22,290 nt of DNA from an uncultured archaeon. Its GTDB lineage: Archaea > Asgardarchaeota > Lokiarchaeia > Helarchaeales > HEL-GB-B. The translations under genes and the position numbers were made by a program. Positions within the stretch are counted from its first letter, which is position 1, and the number at the start of each line of letters is the position of its first letter. The DNA is taken from contig CAZYEE010000025.1 of NCBI GenBank assembly GCA_964646355.1, forward strand, positions 1 to 22,290. The letters run 5' to 3'. This document shows positions 16,786 through 22,290 of the stretch, piece after piece. The notes under the pieces were generated by a model that saw only the letters and a program-made list of their open reading frames with translations, was not told the origin of the DNA and made no database searches.

Positions 16786-18268
16786 TCTTTATTCGCTCCT
16801 TTTTTATATATTTCTTTTCAGGTCCCAAAATTCTCTCCAATATTATGGAGGACCTCGTTCTATATACTTTGAAAATCAAATTTTTTAATCTTTTGAAGAC
16901 AAATAACATTAATTTTAATGAAACAAAAAGTAAAAAAATAAATCCTCTCGATTTTAGGATATACTTAACCGATTTGAGCATGTTTCTTCTTTTAAAGGAT
17001 CTATTCTGAGCAAATACAAGCAATTGCTGCAATTTCCTTGGCGATACAGCATGTGTCCTGATGACAGGTCTTCCCACATTATACCGATCCCAATCTCCCG
17101 TTATCAATAGCCCCTCCTCCTTACATTTATAATAGGTCCTCGTTTTCGGAAACGGGGTCAAAATTGAATAAAACAGAAAATCCACATCAAATTGCTCCGC
17201 TCTTATTATATTTTCTACTATCTCGTGTTCCGTAGCATCAAGATCAGCACCCAATATAATATTACCTATGATCACGATGTTGTTCTCATGGAGTATCTTA
17301 ATAGCCTTTAAAATAGTTTCCACATTAAGCTTCTTATTTATATCCTTCAAACCCTTGTCTGAAATGGACTCTATGCCCATAAACACCAGCCAAAAACCCG
17401 CTTCCGCCATCAGCTTTACTACTTCAGGATTTCTCACAATATTATCCGCCCTCACCTGACATATAAAGTGAAAATTCAATCTGCTTTTTATAAGTAACTT
17501 GCACAGATCCTTAACCCTGTTCATGTCCACGGTAAAATTATCATCCACAATTAGAATATCCCTCACTCCACTCATTTTTCTAATTTCATATAATTCACTC
17601 ACTATACTTATCGGACTCCTCGCCCTCCATCTCTTCCTGTAAAACTCGTGAATACAACAAAAATCACATGAATATGGACAGCCCCTCGATGTCTCTATAG
17701 AATCATATGAAATACCCATCATGTTGTAATTTTTATATCTCCTATATTTTCTGTCAGGAAACCTCAATCCATCCAAATCCTTGACCAAAGGGCGGTCCTC
17801 ATTGTGAATTACCTTTCCCTCGGATTTATACGAAACCCCCAAAACACCAGTAAAAGTACCTCTCTTTATCAACTCTCGAAACGTTAACTCGCCCTCACCC
17901 CTCACCACAGCGTCCACATACTCCGAACTCAAGATTTCATCCACTGTTAATGTGGCATGCCAACCCCCTAACACCACATCACACCGATTTCTGGTCGTCT
18001 CTTTAACAAACTTCGCCAAATCCAATACTTGGGAAACCCCCGATGTTAGATTGCAGCTGATACCCACCAAATCTGGTTTGTAGTCCTCTATAAATCTTTT
18101 TATATCCCCAAAATTTAAATTAAAATTACGCGCATCCAAGATCTCAATTCTCGCAAGATCGTCCGCATTTGACTTCAAATATTCCAGTCCAAGCGGGGGC
18201 AACTTAAAATAATCCGTGGCAATTTTACTACTCACATTTGGATATATCAATAAAACCCGTTTCCACAT
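16775..18268 (-). CDS. B12-binding-domain radical SAM protein (class B rSAM) with a hydrophobic C-terminal segment
   Basis: The N-terminal Rossmann-like cobalamin-binding pattern is VLLIYPN...LPPLGLEYL...DLVGISC...VVLGGWHAT. The rSAM core is ETSRGCPYSCDFCC (CxxxCxxC at Cys197/201/204, nt about 17657-17680). The C-terminal GFIFLLFVSLKLMLFVF is a possible membrane anchor. Confidence 0.85.
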   Translation of the reverse strand: MWKRVLLIYPNVSSKIATDYFKLPPLGLEYLKSNADDLARIEILDARNFNLNFGDIKRFIEDYKPDLVGISCNLTSGVSQVLDLAKFVKETTRNRCDVVLGGWHATLTVDEILSSEYVDAVVRGEGELTFRELIKRGTFTGVLGVSYKSEGKVIHNEDRPLVKDLDGLRFPDRKYRRYKNYNMMGISYDSIETSRGCPYSCDFCCIHEFYRKRWRARSPISIVSELYEIRKMSGVRDILIVDDNFTVDMNRVKDLCKLLIKSRLNFHFICQVRADNIVRNPEVVKLMAEAGFWLVFMGIESISDKGLKDINKKLNVETILKAIKILHENNIVIIGNIILGADLDATEHEIVENIIRAEQFDVDFLFYSILTPFPKTRTYYKCKEEGLLITGDWDRYNVGRPVIRTHAVSPRKLQQLLVFAQNRSFKRRNMLKSVKYILKSRGFIFLLFVSLKLMLFVFKRLKNLIFKVYRTRSSIILERILGPEKKYIKKERIKIEK

Positions 18269-18461
18269 TTAATCACATCATTAAAATTTATAACATTAAA
18301 GTTTACAGCATCAAAATTAATTCTCATCATAAATTCAATATGTCTTTTATTCTGCCGTTTTATTCTTTCAAATCCCCGCTTTTTAAGTTTATCGCTAAAT
18401 TCCTAACGAGTTTTATAATGATAAAATAATCCCCTTCATATCTTCCCCGCTTACCCCCTCT

Positions 18462-18701
18462 CTATAAATTTATTACGAAGTATGTCTCTGAATTCAATAC
18501 CCCATTTATCTCATGAATCTTCATCACTACTATTTTCGCCAACGACTCTAAATCTTCCTCTGATTCTATCCTCAATATTATATCCTTCGCCCCTGTTATT
18601 GCATACGCCTCAACTACCTCCGGTATATTCTTTATATCCTCTAATATCTCCTTCACTTTACCAGCTTTCACATTTAACATTACAAACGCTATCGATGTCA
18701 T
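18462..18701 (-). CDS. Stand-alone Lrp/AsnC-type ligand-binding (RAM) domain protein
   Basis: IAFVMLNVKAGKVKEILEDIKNIPEVVEAYAITGAKDIILRIESEEDLESLAKIVVMKIHEINGVLNSETYFVI is the beta-alpha-beta-beta-alpha-beta RAM fold pattern, with no HTH. The track start is ATG 18722. The second ATG at 18701 is preceded by AGGGGTGAT (SD-like) and fits family N-termini better. Confidence 0.7.
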   Translation of the reverse strand: MTSIAFVMLNVKAGKVKEILEDIKNIPEVVEAYAITGAKDIILRIESEEDLESLAKIVVMKIHEINGVLNSETYFVINL

Positions 18702-18740
18702 CGTTACTTTATCACCCCTCATATTATTTATTTATATTGG

Positions 18741-18771
18741 GAGCTCGAAGCTCAATCGGACGATCCGATTG
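18741..18771. other. Two adjacent GC-rich hairpins upstream of the RAM-domain gene
   Basis: gagct (18741-18745) / agctc (18749-18753) has loop cga. caatcgg (18753-18759) / ccgattg (18765-18771) has loop acgat. These stand out in an otherwise AT-rich spacer. Confidence 0.3.
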
Positions 18772-18942
18772 CCAAGTTTTCATAGTTTATTTTAGAAGAT
18801 ATGGACTTGCAGAAATCCATTCCTAAATAAATTTCATGATAATTGCAGCCCATCACCTTTAATTTAAATATGTGATAAAAAAAGATTTCTATTGGAAATG
18901 AATTTTTCCTAAAAATTTGTTATGCGTTTATTTTCTATCGAC

Positions 18943-19881
18943 TCATTTATCACACACCAAATCCTTACCCCAATATTTTATTAATAAACCCAAAATACCT
19001 ATACACACCCCCATCAACACCTCTAATACTACCACAATGCTTATCTCAATATTTATCTCATTGAATATTTCCATCCCGTATTTTAACCCCATCAAAATCA
19101 GACCAATTCTCCCAAACCACCAGCACCTCTCCCCACCACCGTTTAATAATATCCTCACACTTAATAAACAAAGCACAAGCCCCAAAATATAAATAACCTC
19201 CTCCATAAGATAATATACCATCCGAATTATGCCCATACTAAACATGACCCCAAAATAACCATAAACATCCATGTCCAAAATAAAATTTGCTACCCCCATC
19301 AATATATTTAAAATTATAAGACCATATAACCCCGCTAACAAATCATTTATAGCTCCAGAACCACTTATAACTCTTACACTAACCCTTAACTTTAATACCG
19401 CCTTAATACTATTCCATCCACAATACACCAACAACCCAACCCACATTAACACATAAAAACTCCATAATGTTATATAATACAATGACTCCCCAACTCCTAA
19501 TAAATTCCATAACTGACCACCACCCTCCACCACACCCCATATATACCCCAAATACGTATACGCACTCGCATCTCCTAAATACCCAAATATTAAACATAAC
19601 CAGAAAAATCCACTCAAATCCCCCGTAATTCGCCTCCTACCATATATATACAAAGCCAAAATAATTAACATCAACCCATAAACCAGGTTCAATATCACAA
19701 CCGTATCATTCGCCGTCCAAGCACCCCACCCAAACTGCACCATCCCATTATACAAATTGGATAACGGCGTTGCAAAATTAAATACTTGGATTAAACCCCT
19801 CAATACCAATACAAATGAAATAAAAAAAAATGAGATGTTTATATATGCACTCTTCGAATTTACCTTATTCTGGGATCGCAA
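18943..19881 (-). CDS. Hypothetical polytopic membrane protein (about 8 TM), rich in Gly/Trp/Tyr
   Basis: 312-aa ORF that is hydrophobic throughout. Its start overlaps the MaoC gene stop by 17 nt. The coding strand is markedly G-rich and C-poor (the + strand reads ccaccctccaccacacccc). No family recognised. Confidence 0.6.
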   Translation of the reverse strand: MRSQNKVNSKSAYINISFFFISFVLVLRGLIQVFNFATPLSNLYNGMVQFGWGAWTANDTVVILNLVYGLMLIILALYIYGRRRITGDLSGFFWLCLIFGYLGDASAYTYLGYIWGVVEGGGQLWNLLGVGESLYYITLWSFYVLMWVGLLVYCGWNSIKAVLKLRVSVRVISGSGAINDLLAGLYGLIILNILMGVANFILDMDVYGYFGVMFSMGIIRMVYYLMEEVIYILGLVLCLLSVRILLNGGGERCWWFGRIGLILMGLKYGMEIFNEINIEISIVVVLEVLMGVCIGILGLLIKYWGKDLVCDK

Positions 19882-20563
19882 CTGTTGCCGTACCCACTAT
19901 CGAATCCCTTAATCTAATTATCCCAAACCAAAACTTTTCTCCTTTTCTCTTACCCAGAAACTCCGCACTTATCTGATCCTTACCTGGTCTAAACCAGTTC
20001 CTTATTAACGCCTCCTCTCCAGTCACCCTCTTCGGATTGACCTCGATACCATCTGCCTCGAAATTCAACTCGAATTTCATTTCTCCCTGTAAATTCCAGT
20101 CTATATTCACTGTTATCTTACCATTTGCCAACCTCTTTAATACCTCTTCATCGGATAACGACTCATCAGCCTTCGCCTCGCCTCTTAAATAATATGTCTT
20201 TGTCGTCGACCTGATCTCTAAGTCCACGAGCTTCTCTCCGTTCTCCTCATATTTCTTTGTTATAATGCCCTTGAAATATACAATGTCCCCAGGTCTGGTC
20301 ATACCAACCATTCTACCATTATACGCACGGACATTCTCCGCTCCTACCCAGTCTACCAACATCTTACCAAGCATAGCATGACTATATAGCCCATGTGCTA
20401 TTATACCTTTATTACCAGCACGAACAGCAGCTATATAATCCTGATGTATTGGATTCTGGTCTCCACCTGCATCTGCATATACTTTAAACTCGTTTCTTGT
20501 TAAAGGCCCATATTCCATTGATGGACCTACTTCTCCTTCTTTTAAATCATCCCATTTAACCAT
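19865..20563 (-). CDS. MaoC-like (R)-specific enoyl-CoA hydratase/dehydratase hot-dog protein with an extra C-terminal domain of about 95 aa
   Basis: FKVYADAGGDQNPIHQDYIAAVRAGNKGIIAHGLYSHAMLGKML contains the MaoC hydratase motif (D.NP.H.D...A......IAHG). Residues about 140-232 have no recognisable family. Confidence 0.8.
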   Translation of the reverse strand: MVKWDDLKEGEVGPSMEYGPLTRNEFKVYADAGGDQNPIHQDYIAAVRAGNKGIIAHGLYSHAMLGKMLVDWVGAENVRAYNGRMVGMTRPGDIVYFKGIITKKYEENGEKLVDLEIRSTTKTYYLRGEAKADESLSDEEVLKRLANGKITVNIDWNLQGEMKFELNFEADGIEVNPKRVTGEEALIRNWFRPGKDQISAEFLGKRKGEKFWFGIIRLRDSIVGTATVAIPE

Positions 20564-20566
20564 TTT

Positions 20567-21052
20567 TTAATACCCTCCAGGCATCACAATTACTCCTATA
20601 TCTGAGACGCATACTACTTTTCCTATTTTATCCTTATCATTGCTTTTATCAATTGTAGAGGTTGCCTCGATATCTATTACCATCATTCCATTCGATTTGA
20701 TCTCTATGTTCTTTATCTTTGGTACCGTTAGAATTTTATCTCCGTCCTTAATCGGTGGAGCATCCTTGGGAAACCTATACCCTTGTCCACCATGTAAGAT
20801 TTTTAACGGATTCTTTATCAATGGACTCCCATCAGAATATTTTGCATCGTTTACTTTCATTAAAGCTGGAAAAACATAAGCGTTTGCATAAGCTGGATGG
20901 GCTATTGGGTCATTTTCGTCCAGAAACTCTGGCTGTTTCGCTCCTATCGATTTCGCGAATTCAATTAACTTCTTTTTCTTTACTTTAAACTTTGTACCTT
21001 TTAACTCTAATCCAATTAAGCCAGAAAAATCCTTGCTCATTTTCCTTATCAC
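20567..21052 (-). CDS. MaoC N-terminal-type (FAS1-like dehydratase) hot-dog protein, likely partner subunit
   Basis: KKLIEFAKSIGAKQPEFLDEN...AHPAYANAYVF and KILHGGQGYRFPKDAPPIKDGDKILTVPKIKNIEIK match the non-catalytic hot-dog half of two-subunit or double hot-dog hydratases. Its stop is 3 nt from the MaoC start. Confidence 0.7.
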   Translation of the reverse strand: MIRKMSKDFSGLIGLELKGTKFKVKKKKLIEFAKSIGAKQPEFLDENDPIAHPAYANAYVFPALMKVNDAKYSDGSPLIKNPLKILHGGQGYRFPKDAPPIKDGDKILTVPKIKNIEIKSNGMMVIDIEATSTIDKSNDKDKIGKVVCVSDIGVIVMPGGY

Positions 21053-21530
21053 CTTTCGGTTGATAAAAATACTTAACGTTTATTTATTAATAAACTTTGA
21101 CCTTAAGAATATATTGATACCTCCAGTTTTATTTTTAGACTTGATAATAAACCTACATTCTTCTATTATATATGATTTATAAGAATTCGATTCTATAATT
21201 AATTAAATCCAGTGATATGGGGTTATATATTTAGACTGATAACACTAATCTCCCTTGGTATCAATTATTTTCTGGTATATTCCTCTATTCGTCTATAATA
21301 ATCAAATTATTAAGGTTTATAATCAAATTACTGGAATTTTTCACCTTCATATTATTTAAAATGTTTAATTGTATGGATAGAATTCCTCCTTTATTTTTAT
21401 TATGGCCATAATTTTACATCAAATTGGGCTCTGATAATCTTGGAATGACAAATTTGGATTGATATAGAAAACGTTTTCGATTTAAAGAATTCCAATAGGT
21501 CTAAATTAAAATTAACAAGGAATATAAAAA

Positions 21531-21578
21531 AATGTAAGAAATATGAGAAATGTAGAAAAATGTAAGAAACGTAAAAAA
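21531..21578. repeat. About 10-nt periodic TGTA(A/G)GAAA repeats downstream of the 94-aa ORF
   Basis: The sequence aatgtaagaaat atgagaaa tgtagaaaaa tgtaagaaac gtaaaaaagg gives phased A-tracts. The minus strand carries several T-runs (ccttttttac, cattttt, catttttt) just 3' of the ORF ending at 21595. Confidence 0.4.
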
Positions 21579-21594
21579 GGTGATAACAACTATT

Positions 21595-21879
21595 CTATTC
21601 TTTTTGTTTTTTAGGCAATTTTGTAAAAAAAGATTCTAATTTTCTGTATTCAGGACTTTCTATAATCTTTTTCATCGCCTCTGAAATTAGAATTTTATTT
21701 ATCTTGCTATCCTTTAAATAATAAATTCTTATCAAAAATCTTTCTATTTCGCTTGGTTTCAATTCAAGCTCTTCAACAAGCTCTTTACCAACGTCTAGTG
21801 GATCCGCTTCAATTTTCTCTTCTTTGATTTTCTCGATGGTATATATAGCCAGCTCTAAAAAATTTTTCATTTTAATCAC
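21595..21879 (-). CDS. Hypothetical protein
   Basis: 94-aa ORF that is Lys/Glu/Ile-rich and predicted helical. It lies 12 nt downstream of the preceding ORF on the same strand. No family recognised. Confidence 0.4.
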   Translation of the reverse strand: MIKMKNFLELAIYTIEKIKEEKIEADPLDVGKELVEELELKPSEIERFLIRIYYLKDSKINKILISEAMKKIIESPEYRKLESFFTKLPKKQKE

Positions 21880-21891
21880 TCATTTTAGGGT

Positions 21892-22290
21892 TTATTTAAT
21901 TATATCAATAAAAACTTTTTGTAAATCATCAATCAAATCCTTATTATCTCTTAATTTTTCCGGGTAAACATATATCCGCACTCCTGATTCTATTGGAGAG
22001 ATCGAGGTTAATGATTTTATATATTCAGAAAATAAAGTTATATCTACAGGTTCCTTTTTCTTTTCATTCCAAATATAAACGATTTTTGAAGAAATTGGGA
22101 AACTGGGATAAGGTAATATGGTAGGTGAATCAAGGAAAATTAGCTGTAATTTGAGATATTTTTGTTTCAAATTTTCTACAATCTTTATCTCTATTCCTAT
22201 TTTTTCCTTATATCTATTTTCTTCATTAAGACTCATTATCCAACTCTGTACATCTGATATTTTTTCTATAATTTTGTTTATATTGATCAT
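21892..22290 (-). CDS. Hypothetical protein (may continue beyond the window edge)
   Basis: The ORF runs to the last base of the window. An ATG sits exactly at 22290-22288, but the frame could extend upstream. No family recognised. Confidence 0.4.
   Translation of the reverse strand: MININKIIEKISDVQSWIMSLNEENRYKEKIGIEIKIVENLKQKYLKLQLIFLDSPTILPYPSFPISSKIVYIWNEKKKEPVDITLFSEYIKSLTSISPIESGVRIYVYPEKLRDNKDLIDDLQKVFIDIIK

Noticed and set aside
18247-18330. 27-aa minus-strand ORF (MMRINFDAVNFNVINFNDVIKCGNGFY) overlapping the B12-rSAM start; considered as a precursor peptide
   Set aside because: It has no SD-like motif. Its Asn/Phe/Ile-rich composition is what AT-rich DNA yields by chance. It overlaps the rSAM start by 22 nt in another frame. 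There is no support beyond position.
18482-19597. + strand ORFs 18482-18826, 18917-19192 and 19271-19456, and minus-strand ORF 19409-19597
   Set aside because: The three + strand ORFs are antisense to, and the minus-strand ORF is an alternative frame within, the RAM-domain and membrane-protein genes. Their Pro/Ser/Thr/His-rich low-complexity translations reflect the C-rich + strand.
16294-21052. Apparent higher-GC island suggesting horizontal transfer
   Set aside because: Hand counts of single 60-nt lines gave about 38-47% G+C here. Conserved parts of pan (about 47%) and rps2 (about 52%) are equally high, so composition is heterogeneous across the window and no island can be claimed without a proper sliding-window or codon-usage analysis.
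1-22290. CRISPR arrays, transposases, integrases, toxin-antitoxin or known defence genes
   Set aside because: No regularly spaced identical repeats of 25-40 nt were seen. No ORF had recognisable transposase, integrase, Cas or nuclease-defence motifs.

Overview
AT-rich archaeal chromosomal window with no rRNA, CRISPR array or recognisable mobile element. Positions 1-11150 hold housekeeping and informational genes: the 3' end of ileS, an intron-containing tRNA-Val(UAC), aTrm56, MBF1, PAN, a PUA protein, NAC, a Roadblock/LC7 protein, Nop10, archaeal DnaG and uS2. Gene content, the Roadblock protein and a non-canonical tRNA intron suggest an Asgard-like or other low-GC archaeon, but this is inference only. 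Positions 11348-21052 are an all-minus-strand accessory block. (i) The main candidate for a new system is a three-gene operon: a 606-aa membrane protein ending in a C-terminal (Ala-Cys-His-x) x9-10 repeat tail, a polytopic membrane protein, and a radical SAM/SPASM enzyme with a PqqD-like recognition domain. (ii) A B12-binding radical SAM enzyme overlaps an adenosine-specific-kinase-family ORF and lies downstream of a stand-alone Lrp/AsnC RAM-domain protein. (iii) A MaoC-type hot-dog pair overlaps an unusual polytopic membrane protein. Also notable: dnaG is split between two reading frames by about 37 nt that fold into a stem-loop exactly inside its most conserved N-terminal motif, and the tRNA-Val gene carries about 29 extra nt in its D-loop. 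All calls rest on reading the supplied translations and sequence by eye; no searches were run.
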